Positions 1 to 12,700 of a stretch of 64,000 nt of DNA are shown here, one piece after another. The notes below the pieces were generated by a model. That model was not told the DNA's origin, did not search any database, and saw nothing but the letters and a program-made list of their open reading frames with translations. The number at the start of each line of letters is the position of its first letter. The stretch's first letter is position 1. The position numbers and the translations under genes were made by a program. The stretch lies in NCBI GenBank assembly GCA_001643675.2, contig LSRY02000021.1, positions 1,178,001 to 1,242,000 of the forward strand. The letters run 5' to 3'. The DNA is from Monocercomonoides exilis PA203 (Eukaryota; Protista; Preaxostyla).

Positions 1-937
1 ATTGGGAGAGGCAAAGATAAGAATGTGAATGAAACGAATGCGATTTTTATTGAAATAATCACTGTTATCCGAAGCAATAGAAGATTTTGTACAGAATGAG
101 GCAGCTTCGAATGCCAGAAAAAGATAACTATGAACGATGACGGTAATGAGGGAGAAAAGCAGTTGAAGCATTTTGAAAGAAATGAAGGATCCAAAGGAGA
201 GAAATGTCAAATATTTTTGTTGAGACAGTACCACCTTCCAAAGAATCCCACTGAGAAAAAAGGAAAAGATGATGTAACAACAGATAATCCATCTATACAA
301 TATATGTATGACCTCCGACCTCATAAAGCATATACAAGTGCTGCGCGGCAGTCGAGTTGCTCGTAAAAGTTTTGTCAAGAAACATGCAATCTGCAAGCCA
401 GGAACTATGCTTCCGTTCAAAACAGTATTCCGTTGGGATTTCCCTAACATGCTGAAGATGGCAGAGGTATCTGAACTCGGTAGAAGACGAAAAATATTTA
501 TGCATCAGCGCACTCGGAGCAAAAGCAGAACAAGAGCAGTATGCGCTAAAGAAGCATCGCAACTGCCACTTGAAGTGTCAGACAACATTGCCAGCAACAC
601 ACATTGCTCACATGGCGTCTGAAGAGGCTTGTCAAACACACCCTCTCCTTCTGCTTTTTTCTTCCAATCTCCCACATTTATTATTATTTTTGTTGTTGCT
701 GCTGCATATAACCCATCGACACTTCAGCACTAGCATTCGCCCAACCCCTTTTATTCTTGCCTTCTCATTCACTCTATCAACAGGGAAAATGCAACTCTTT
801 GTGCCTGCTATTGATGGAGATGCAGGAGAAGCAGCTGAAGCACGAGGAAAAGAGGAAAATGATTAGAAGATATCTGACAAACCAGCGGCGTATCTGGCGG
901 ATGAGTACGGCACGAACGTAAAGACGAAACCGCACTG

Positions 938-1295
938 CCTTCTTCTTCTTCTTCTCCTCCTTCTCCTTCTCCTTCTCCTTCTCCTTCTCCTTCTCCTTCT
1001 CCTTCTCCTTCTCCTTCTCCTTCTCCTTCTCCTTCTCCTTCTCCTTCTCCTTCTCCTTCTCCTTCTCCTTCTCCTCCTCCTCCTCCTCCTCCTCCTCCTT
1101 CTTCTCTTTCTCCTTCTCTTCCTTCTTCTTCTGATCTAATCACTCAAACAACTGCTCAATCTTCTTCTTCTTCTTCTTCTTCTTCTTCTTCTTCTCCTCC
1201 TCCTTCTTCTTCTTCTTCTTCTCCTTCTTCTTCTTCTTCAAATTCTTCAAATTCTTCAAATTCTTCTTTTCTTTCTTTCTTTCTTCTTCTTCTTC
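938..1295. repeat. Microsatellite tract: (TCTCCT)n, (CCT)n and (CTT)n
   Basis: Directly visible pyrimidine tandem repeats; they produce the GEGEGE and poly-K/E ORFs. Confidence 0.95.
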
Positions 1296-1429
1296 AATAC
1301 CAACGTCGATGTCAACTTTATCTTTGGAGTATAAATTACCTTCATTTATTGAAGAGAGTAACGCAACAGATGCAAAAATTGCTAAAACCAAAACAAACAA
1401 AGGAGAAATCAAAGAAGAAGAAAACGGAA

Positions 1430-2330
1430 TACAAGATTGTTAGAATATTTTGCAACTCTGCACAAAGATGCATGGCGAAGAGAATAAAGAGTTGAGTGGA
1501 GCATCTGTGTGAGTGAATCAATCCTTATTCCTCTCATCACGTTCAATGCCCTTTATGTCCTTCTCCCAATTAACAATTTTCAACATTTCAACAGCATCAT
1601 CAGATTATTCACCTCCAACAACTACATCAACCCAAGCTACATGTGTGATTGGAAGCTACTCATTTTCATCGGTTTGTGATACATGTGAGGGCGGGGTTAT
1701 TCCCTTTCTGACTGCCTCAAACATTTCATTCATTGGATGCTATAGAACAAGGAAAGCGGAGGCGCTATTGAAGCCAAGGAGGCAAAGCATAAGTTTTGAT
1801 GGAGCAAATACTTTTATTTGGTGCGAATGGAACAGATCAAAGTCAACAGGAAACAATGATTCTTCAACCAACGGAACATTAAGCTGAGAGGTTATCTGCA
1901 TGTGCAACCAATCATTTGTCACTGTGTCTGTTTCGAATTGCTCTTTCAATGATTGAGGTGCTCATTATGATGGAGGAAAGCATATTCTGTTTTAGTCTCA
2001 AAACAATCGAAAGCGAAAACAACACATTCAATGCTTGCTTCACACAATCAGTTACAGACGTGGGATTTTTAGTCAATTATATTTCTTCATGCATTCGGAT
2101 AATCAAATATGAACATCAAAAACGAACAACATGAACTTTGTTTTGGAATTGAAACTTACATTGCATCAGGTTTCAGATGCAGGATGTATCGAAAAAGGAA
2201 CTGGAAAGGAGAAGAGAGCACATAAGTTTTGAATACTGTTTCTCTTCATGCTCAATTGATTATCATTGTCGCAGGGATTTGTTTCCAGAAAAGACTTTTG
2301 TGCCTTTTAATGACTATTTTTGTTTCGTTC
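1430..2330 (+). pseudogene. Decayed fragment of the Cys/Ser-rich (beta-helix-like) surface protein family
   Basis: FSSVCDTCEGG...ASNISFIGCYRT...NTFIWCEWN aligns to the 16784-18058 ORF (FSSVCDALDGG...ATNASFVGCYRT...NTFIWCEWN); broken by stops and frameshifts. Boundaries approximate. Confidence 0.7.
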
Positions 2331-2999
2331 GATTTTCTTCGGTTTGTACAAAAAAAAAGTTCAACTCATGATCATGACGCATTATATGTAGATAGAAACA
2401 ATCTATGCTTTCCCTTGAATAATTCTACCAAAACTATTGTTCGACTAACGAAGACAAGCATTCTGTTTTTAACGGATATTGAATCTGCAGCTGTGTATAT
2501 CAGTATATGGAAAGAATAGATTGGCTTCAGTGAAAGATAATTAATTGACTTGAAGCAGCGGTTTGATTCAGGCAAGTTTTTTGAAATAAAGTTTGATAAA
2601 CATGCAAAACAATATTAAGTGAAGTCAACCAGATCTCTGTACTCAGAGCGTCCCCATTCGCACTAATGAAAGGGAATCATCTTAGCGAAACTACAATTCT
2701 TGGGTTAGAAGAAAAGGAAACATCGTTAACAGCTCAGTGAAGTGAAAACAGTCCGATTGGAGAGAAACAACTTACTTCTTTTACAATGATATCACTCGGC
2801 ACATTGAGTTGAAAGATTGACATGGAGCATCCAAGGATAAATAACTGATTATGGGAAACCAAAATTTTAAAAGAAATTGAAATATCTGAAAAAAGTGGAG
2901 AACTTTTCTTTAAATTTCATTGATTTTTTCAAGTTTACCAGAAGAACATTTTATTTTTGCGTTTAAATATTTTGTTCATGGAGGACATTGACTTTGAGT

Positions 3000-3830
3000 T
3001 GCATAGAGAATAACCATTTGGCAATGACTGAACCACTTTTTGCTATATGATTATTTGTTGGATCAGCATCCGAAGAAAGTTGGTTATCGAAATGGACAAA
3101 ATGGAATGCAACTCTGATTGGAAGATATGGGATGGTTGTGGAAAAGAAAGTAGCAGAATTGGAAACATTTGCTGTGTGAAACATAGAAATCGAAGATTGT
3201 GAGTGTGTGAATGGAAGTTTCAGTGGAATGCAAGTTGATAATTATCACTTTAAAACATATCACGGAAAAGACTTCAAAAGCGATGAAAAGTGAAACAACA
3301 ATTTCCAACAAATGAAAAAGTGGAAAATACAGCAGAGGGATAACGTTACAAACGGCTGATAACTCTGATAACTACGTCATGGCGTTTGAAAATATTTTTG
3401 GTTATACTGCTTCGTTGAGTGACAACTATCTGTTTGTGAGCGGGAGCAATTCAGCGAGCTAGGCAATAACAACAGAAAAGCTGAATGTCCAGCATGACAA
3501 TTCCAAATACAATGAGCTGGTGGGATATGATCGGAGTGACACAACAATGGGGCTGTTCACATTGAATGTGTTTTTGGATGCCTTTTCAGGAGCAGCACAT
3601 GTGGGGAAGGGGAAGGATGGGCTGGGTGGATAGGACTAATAGTTTTGTGGGTTTGCTTATTATCCGTGTACAACCATCAATTACGATGTACAAGTGTGAA
3701 ATCCAAGAGCAAAAAAGAAAATTGAACTAAATTCGTGGTTTGAGTTAACAAAAGTGATTGTGCTGATAGATTCCTTTGAATGGGATGTGTTTAGAGCTAC
3801 AAAGGAAATAGAAGAAAGTGTTTAAGAAAA
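3000..3830 (+). pseudogene. Decayed fragment of a large surface-protein family gene
   Basis: Reads ELVGYDRSDTTMGLFTLNVFLD...AHVGKG...FCGFAYYPCTTI with several stops; the CG...PCxTI motif also occurs in the 6752-14590 ectodomain. Confidence 0.55.
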
Positions 3831-4004
3831 ATACATTTTGGATTCTTCCATCTTGATTGAGGCGATTCAGAGATGAAGATTCAAACTTAATATATCGTTG
3901 CTATCTGATTGAAAGAAAAACAACACAAGATAATGTTAATTGCAATATATTGCATCTACGTGAAATGAATATAAAACTGATCTGAAATTAGAGAAATAAT
4001 ATAT

Positions 4005-5945
4005 CTATGATGTGAACATTGATGAAGATCTTCTAACTTTTTGCCTTTCTGCATGAGCTCGATTGTTTATTTCCTTCAGCTTTTGTCTTTCAATTTCTCT
4101 TCTGCAGGAAAATTGTTTGGCCTGCATATTAAATATGGCATCTTCTTCTTCAAGTTCATGGTTCTCAATAACCATGTTAGTCAACCAGCAAGCAATCTTC
4201 GCATCTTCGGAGAATGTGTTCCTTCTTCCCGTGTACTTCTCGGCAAACCTCAGTCATAGCTTCTTCATCCTTCCGAAGAATTGCTCTACATATATTCTTT
4301 TTTTCGCCAGTTGTCTGTTATATTCCTCAATAAGCTTTTCTTCTTCTTCTTCGTCTTCTCCTTCTTCATCAGAATGTTCATCAACTTCTTTCACTTTTAC
4401 AACATCATCAATTATACACAATGAAGATGATTCACTTCCAGAATTATTCAAAGATGAATGCATATAACTTGGAGTATCGAAAGGAAAACAGAAATTTTGA
4501 GAAAAGTTCAAAGTGGGTGAATTTAATGAATTTGACTGCACATATGGAGAAGAGGCATTGGAGGAAGAGCCGAAGGAGGTTGTTGTTTCTAACGATGGAA
4601 TCATTGAATTGGTTGAATTCGAAGAACATATGTTTTGTTGTTGCCTATGATTATTGATGGATGAACAAAGTTTCTGTGATGAATTCGATTTGGATTCTTT
4701 CCAGATTTTCATAAGCATCATTCGAGATTCCGCGTTCTTTGGTGTGGTGTTTTTTTTGATAGGGGTTTACAAATCAATATCAGGGAATTGCCCTTGATAA
4801 CCCCTATCTCCCATTATGGACCAGCTTCCCTTTTCATCTTGCTCCGAAGATCGAAGAAGTTCTTCAGGTGTTTTTTTAAGATACTTCACGTATCTTTCAA
4901 CACCATTCTGATACAATTCAATATCATGAACTCCTCCTTCCACAGCATCCGACACAAACAAGGCTTTGTGCGGAAACCATGAACTGACTGCAACTTCAAA
5001 TTTCATGCAATAACAATAATGATGACCATCGAATAGCTTCTTCTTATCTTCGTAATCAATAACAGGAGTTGCAACCTTCACTGTTGTTGCGTCTACAAGG
5101 AGTGCTACATTTGAGAAAGGACCAGGAGCTGGAAGAGGAGGGCGAGGAGGAGATGAAAATCTTCTTTCCAACACATCAAGAAGAATCGGTCTAACTTCTG
5201 TTATGGCTTGGCAAGCCATTGTTTCAGTAATTTTCAATGAAGAAGCAATCTTCTTTAGAGTATCGGAGCTTGATATCCATTCCAAATATACTAATAGCTG
5301 ATCGTGCGGTGTCAATGTTCGGTGGGGACCTCTTTTGGGTGTTTGGACGATGCGCGAGCGAACAAGGTTTCCCAGTTGGATCAACGTGTTTATTGGAAGG
5401 TGTAAGTATTCATTCTGAGTTTTTTCCATCATAAAATCAAAAATGAATCCATATGATTCCTCTTCTTCTGATTCATTGATATCAACATCAACTGACTGTA
5501 TTTTTTTAATTTCATTTTTTCTTCTTTCCTCAAGTGAATTGATATCTATATGTTTTATCATTTTTTGTTGATGCTTTTTCCAATTCATATCGGTAATTTT
5601 TCTTTCAATGTCTCTCATGTTTTTCTTTTGTTTTGAGTTGGGTGAGGCTTTTGATGTTATTTCCTCTTCATCTTCATTTGGCTGATCATGTTTTAAAACT
5701 GAAACAGAATTTCTATGCTTGTCAAAAACATGTTTATCACAACTTTTAGTAACATTTTGGACTTGATCCACAAATTGAAGAGATGATGATAATAATATTG
5801 AATCATTAAGCAATTCAATATCAATTGCATTTTGTGACAGCTCGTTGTCTCTTTCGTTTCTTAATCGTTTCTCTGAAAGTTGTGAACTTAAAGAAAATAG
5901 AAATTGGTGATTTTTAATGAAATACACACATTGTATACGGATCAA
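4005..5945 (-). pseudogene. PIF/Harbinger-type (DDE_Tnp_4-like) transposase with two in-frame stops
   Basis: One reading frame with an HTH-like segment, LLVDATTVKV, HDIEL, IMGDRGYQG, TPIKK and RIYVEQFFGRMKKL; interrupted by TAA 4767-4769 and TGA 4254-4256; ends at TAG 4005-4007. 5' end uncertain; no TIR pair found. Confidence 0.8.
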
Positions 5946-6194
5946 TGATTTCTGAGCTATTTTTGAATAATCTCTTTTTAGGTAAAAAATTCGAAGGTTG
6001 CATATATTGACAAGTACTTGATAAATGATAAACTCAAAATAATTGGTTATGATAATTATTAATGTTGGTATTTGTGATATCTGTTCTTTTTCACGAATTT
6101 TTGTGTTACAGAAAAAAAAAACTGTGAGATAAAAAAAATATAAATAAAAAAAGTTATTTTTATTACAATTTTTTCTATACTCAATAAGACTGAC

Positions 6195-6300
6195 TTTTTT
6201 TCAAAAGAATTAGTAAAACTCAAAAAACCATTGCAAAACTCGAAATAAGTGGGTTATTTCAAAATAACTTCATTATTTCAAAATTTTCCAAATATTTCAC
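6195..6300. repeat. Phased array of TTCAAAA-like motifs, 19-20 bp period
   Basis: Motif C at 6202, 6221, 6241, 6260, 6279, 6298. Confidence 0.55.
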
Positions 6301-6751
6301 ATTTCATCTATTATTATTGAAAATTGTACAATTTGTTTTTTGCAATTTTGTGTTGCTTTCAAAATCGCTTTGTTTTTTCCACAATCTTCTTCATTTCCAA
6401 GCGCTAATGGACAACTCATTTCCAACCTTCGAATAAAAACAAAAATTTCTAGAAGGAATTGCAAGATTGGAAATTCAAATTTGACAATTAAACTGAAAAT
6501 CGTAGAAAAATGTTTTGCATATCCACGTATCCATCCATATTTGAGACAGACACTCACACATGCACACTCGTTCCATCTTCATCTATTCATCTTGCTTGGA
6601 ACATCAACTTTGATCATTGCTCATCTCCAAAGTCATCTGAAATGCATTCGATAAACATTTATCTCTTCTCCACACAATTCAGTTTCTGATCTCTTGACTG
6701 AGCAGCAATCCAATCGCTTCCATTCCAATTCCGTTAACGCCCACTCGATCC

Positions 6752-9700
6752 TCACTGCTCAATCAAGCTGCTGAAATTGCTCTCTTCACAGTCCCCTGTC
6801 TCATCATCAATGTCCACTGCATCAGAAACAGTCATCACAACCGCACCTGCTGGAAACCGCTGAATGAACTCTCGCTTCAGTATCACCAACGATGGACGCT
6901 CTGAAGGCGTTTGGAGCATGCAATTCTTCAAAACCCCTCCCAGTGTTGACTCCTCAGCCATCCCCATCTCTGGCCTCTCACCATTAACAATCTTCTTTCC
7001 TGCCACTTCTGCCTCGTACTCGCCAAACGGAATCTGCAACGTCAAGCACTCCCAAAGCATTATCCCAATGGAGAAGGAAACTGAGCTCTTCGTTGCTCCC
7101 ATATTCTTATTCATCATCAGTTCTGGCGCCTTCCACCGCATGCACTCCTTCCTGTTGTCGTCATCGTCCTCAAACGCCGATGAGGGCGGAGGCGATCCTC
7201 TGCCGTTCCCATTCGCACACGAGCAATCAGAGGAAGAGGTGGCAATAGTTGTGGTTGATGAGATAGATGATGAATCTGAATCATCTGACGAAGAGGAGCA
7301 GTCAGAGTGCATCACAATGCAAATGACCATGTGTTCTGAGAATAGCACAACGTGTGGACTGAGATTGGAAAGAGATTGAAGAGGGTTTTCCATTTCATCA
7401 AAGGAGCGGAGCGCAAGATTTGCCACCCAGAACAGGATCTGAGCAGCTGTCTGCTCCCTCTCCTGAAGAGTGCCTATCGCCATCTCTTTCTTCTCGTTCC
7501 TTCCATGCAGCAACATGAACATCGAATCCCTCAGATCCACAATGAGCTTCTCATGAGGCGATGAACAGGCCATTGCATCCACCAGATTCGACATCGACGA
7601 GGTGGTGGGGCACAGATCCTCTCCCCGAACAAAAGTGGATTCAGTGTCTGAAGTGTCTGTGGTTGAAGTGGATGAAATTGACGGAGATGGTGATCCCTTT
7701 CTAACTTCTTCTTCTTCCTCTTTCTCATCAACCTTTTCCAACATCCATTCAGGAATCTTGTCTGAATCTCTCCCAAGAATGTATTCAGTCGAGTCACTTT
7801 CACTCAACAAATGCTCAGATGACTCAGAGTGCCCCAAACTTTTCTCATACACCCTCTTCTTCATCCTCTCTTCGTTCTTCTTCTCTGCCTCCCTCTCTGC
7901 TCTCCTCCACTGATCTTCAGGCGACATCTCCATTGTCACCATCTCAATCAATTTCGGATCTTTTCTCACTGTGTCATTCACAATCTCTCTCAGATCTTTT
8001 GTCCTTCTCTTTTGTTTTCTCCATCGAACAATAAATGCAACTGCAATGATAAGAACAATCAACAATATAACCACAAGCACAATAACAATAATCGGCCATA
8101 TAGATTTTTCTTTCTTTCCTCCTTCAACAATCTTTTCATCTCCTTTTGGTTCAGATTCACTTTTGTTCTTCAGAACAAAAGGTTCTGTGGAAGATGGATT
8201 AGAAACATGTCCAAACAATATGCACACAGCCACTTCTGCTTCTGTTGGAGCAGAGCTTACCAAAGACGAACCTATCTTGCCCTGGACTTCTTCCTCAGAA
8301 ACAAACTCATCTTCCGCAAAAGCGTGAGTCTCGATTGAGCTGACATTGTTTATTTTTGACACAATCTGGAATCCCAGATTGCATGGCAGAAGAAGTGTCC
8401 CTCTGAAAGTCAGTTCAACTATATCCTCTTTTTGAGTTGTTTCAACTGACTTCAGTGTTGGAATGAAGAACTCGGATGATCTTTCAGCAGCAATCCCCAA
8501 CAGCTTGCATCCTTCATTCAAAATCCAAAGTGAAGTATTTCTTTCCCATCCATCTCCTCCTTTCAAATCAACAACATTGAGTGTTCCGCTGCCTGTGCAG
8601 AATACATTTCTTCTTGCAGACCTGTATCTTTCGATGCTTTTGCTGTTATTCTCAAACAAGCAGCTTTCGATAACAGCACTTCCACCACTGATCGACAGCC
8701 CGCCTTTTGAAGAGTTTGTGATCGATGTGTCCTTCATCTCCAGCAACCCTTCACACACATCAACAAGCGATCCAGTCCATTTGCACACATCCTCATCTGC
8801 TCCATTCTTTTCGCTCTGATGCTCATCCTCACATCCAATCAGTTCGCATGACTGCAGAGACAGAGATGCCCCAGATGATATTTCCACCAAGCTCCCTTTC
8901 TCTGAAGGTGTGAAGCATCTTTCAAACGAACAATTCAACAATTGGCTTCTTGTTTTTTCACACGCCGACTCAACCACATGGGAATTGCTGCTGCTGCTGT
9001 TGCTGCTGGTGATGTTTGAGAACGATGATATGCCCATCTGCAGAACAACCTTTTCTCCAGCATCTTTCTCACTCACATGCTGATTCTTCCCCTTTGCCAG
9101 AGAAATAAAGTTTTCCCCACACAGAACAACATCAGATGCAGCCAGCTGCATGATGTTCACTGATGCACTCGACTCAACAATCATTGCAGTTGCAGTTGTT
9201 TTTATTGTGGATATCTCGATCTGGTTCAGAGTGGCAGCTGACCCACTCTTGAAGAGGAACAATGGCTGAGCTGTGCCCATCACACATATCGAGCTCTTCT
9301 CCATCTCAAACACTCCTCCTTCAACCACAATAACACTCGAATTGAGAGTGGACTCAACAGATGATGACTGCAGAGTGCAGCCTGAAAATGCCAACGATCC
9401 ATTCAATTGCTTCATAATCGCTGTGTGCTCTGCTGAGAAATGCTCGTCAAACGAAAACAAGCAGTCTTCGACCAAACACTCGTTTTCAAACAACATGATC
9501 CACGATCCCTCAGACTCCTCTTCAATCGATGAATTGAAATGAATTGCTGATTGGTGTTTGGTGATCGACTTCAGCGTGAGATCGCTGACGACTGTCGGCT
9601 CAGCCACCACACTCGATGAGTCAACACATATCGCATTGAACAGCCCAGCCTGCACATGCCTCACTCCGTGTGACACGCTTCGGCAAGGATTGTCCTGCTT

Positions 9701-12700
9701 CCCACACTGGTTGCTGTCTTCAAACTCCATCGACACAAACACCTGCGGCGTGTACAGAAATGTGATCAGCGGGATGAGATCGATGTCTGAATGTGCTGAG
9801 TCGCTCCCACAGATCGATGTGTTCATGCGCAGCGAGGGCTGCGAAAAGTCAAGAGCGAAAAGTGTTTCGTTGATCTGCTCATCGATCGAATGGCAGTTGA
9901 TAAACACATCCTTCCCCATGAATGCACTGTTCATCATGAATTGAACACCCGCAATGTGAAGAAGGAGCGGTTTGGAAGGGGTTTGAAAGGGAGCATCTGG
10001 ATCGCAAAAGTCCAGCATCATCCCGCCTCCTCTCCCTGTGCTCTCAGAACAAGCACACAACACAAATGTGCAGTTTTTCACTCCCAGGCTCGACTCCTCA
10101 TTCTTCATGTGCATCATCAGCCCTCCTCCTCTGTTGCTTTGCCGGCTGAGGCAGTTCCAGAATGTGCAGTTCTCCATTCCGCACTTCAAACCAGCAAACT
10201 CATCCACACCCAAAAACACTGATCCTTCCTCAGTTCTCGACACATTCTCGACTGTGACAGATGTCATGTTCATTGATGGGCAATCCACTGGCAAATCAGG
10301 TGAATCTCCTAAAGCCAACTGATTTGAATGGAGTCCAGTGGGGAAAACTGATATGAAACTGTCAGAAGAAACAGACGAATTGATGAACGATGTGTTGTGC
10401 ATGTGCGCTGAATGGAAATTGGCTGACAGTCGCAGAAAAGGATTTGCCAGAGACAAAGTCACAAGTGCACAGTGCTCCAGGGAGACATCCCCTTCCGCAA
10501 TGTCAAGCACACACAAGGAAGAAGAAGAAGGAGACAAGGTGTCAGATGGAATGAACCTGCAAAGAGAGAAAGACACCGAATACACAGACCGGATGAATGA
10601 TTTGTGGAACTCATATCTGCTCGGAAGATCGATTATTAGGTTTGAAAAGGAAGCATTCACCGAGTTGGAGATCAGCGAGCCATCATCCGAGGAATCTCCA
10701 TCACCAGAAACGAACAAGTGCACAGCCTCATCACCTCCTTCAACTGAAATTAAAGGCCGGTTTTCATCAGACGGTTTGGAAGGCAGCAAGGATACTGAAT
10801 GTTTGAGCGAAGCCGATCCTTCCACTTTGATGATCGATTTCTCCAAAGCAACTGGAGAGAATCGCATTTTGATCATGTGGTCGATCGAGGAGCATGGCGC
10901 TTCTGAATATCCACATCCACTGAAGCCTCCTCCTTTCTCTTTCGAAACAAACCCTTTCCCACTCCAATTTGACCACAAATACACAACAAGCGGGATCTCA
11001 TATTCTTCTCCTGTTGTCATCCCTTCCCATCCACACAACTCATCCAGTGATTCCAACTCCTCTGAACTCATCTCCCATTTGAAATGATCCTTGTTCACAA
11101 CTTCTCTCAGATCCCATCCTGAAACAAACATATTCTTCCCTTTCCAGGCATTGCATCCCTCAAATGTCATTCCTTCCATCACAAATTTCTCTATTTCCTC
11201 TGGCAATGCAACAAACATTCCTCCTCCCATTCCCTTTCCTCCATCCACAACATCCTCTGATGGAACTTCACATTCAGACAAATTCACATTTTTCATTTCC
11301 AAACTCCCTCCACTTCCAATTAATATCATCATCCCTCCTCCTCTCAGTCCTTCTTCGTTTTTGCACTTTGATGATATGTTCGTGTTTTTGATCGATATGG
11401 TTCCTCCCCCACTCGTTTCCACTGTCATGCATCCACCACTTCCTCCCTCGTTTGCCATCTCTGTCAGCGTGCATCCCTCAACTGCCACTCGTGATGCTCC
11501 ATTCACATTGATTGGCGAAAGTGCTGTGAAAGTGATATCCTCAGAAACAACCAATCCTGTGAGCTCCAATTCACCTCCACTCACATGAATTAACGAAAAT
11601 GCCACAGAGCTTGCAAGAGAATCAGCTGAAAATGCAATCGAAATATTGCTCAAAGAGAGAAAGATTGATGACTGAATAATTGAAGACATTGAGGAAGGAA
11701 GAACACGAGGAAGAGCAAAAGAGAGAAAAGACAGAGAAAAGCTGCCAGAGCACTGAATAACATTGTGGCAGTCAGTGGAGATACTGTCAGTCAAGCCAAC
11801 ATTCACCAAGGGATATTGGCTCGAAGAAGATGATGCAGATGAAGAAGAAATTGATATTTGAGATGTTTGAAACAACGGCACAACAAACGGATTCTTGATC
11901 GATGCTGATGATATCACTTCCACCGAATTCACAAGCTCATTCACTCGCTCACGAACACAGAAGTCGATTGTTGAACAGCAGAAAACGGAATATCCACAAT
12001 GCGAATGATCTGCACCACTCCTTTCGTCAACTGATATGGGAGATTCAAAATCACACAAATACACACACAGTGGAATAACTGGCAACGATGTCCCATCCTC
12101 GCATCCACACAACTTCTCTTCATTATTCATGCAGTTTCCATCTTTGAAGAATCCAAAGGATGCTTGATCAATTATCTCATCCAACAAAAGCCCGCTTCCA
12201 CATTGAACAAACACATCACTTCCATGAAAAGCTTTGTTTGGGTTTTCTTCAGAAAATATCACAGATTCATAAATGGTGAAATCCGATTCAGTCGAATCAA
12301 CATTTATGAACAACCCTCCTCCTCTCCCCTTTTCCTCAAGACTTCCTGCACAACACCCCTCAAACATTGTTGTTCCATTCACAATCAACTCTCCTTTCCA
12401 TTCTCCTCTCATCCCCAGACCACCACCATCTTTTCCTGCTGATACATTCTCAAAAAGGCAGTTTTCAACAACAACACTCCCCGTGGATGCATCATTTCTC
12501 TCAATTATTCCTCCACTTCCTGATTCCCTTTGAATCGATGTGAAGTTTGTGTTCACCACGTGCAACACTGATCCAGACTGATTCACATTGAATGAAATCA
12601 AACTGTCAGAAATGAAATTCATGCCAGAAATTCCAACTCCTGACAATTCCACATTTCCTCCAAATATCTGCATGAAAGACACTTCAAGCAGCAATTTACT

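Noticed and set aside
1-900. Short ORFs at the window start (also 40316-41990 and 60054-60780)
   Set aside because: Probably decayed coding sequence; no recognisable motif
808-1412. GEGEGE and poly-K/E ORFs
   Set aside because: Translation artefacts of microsatellites
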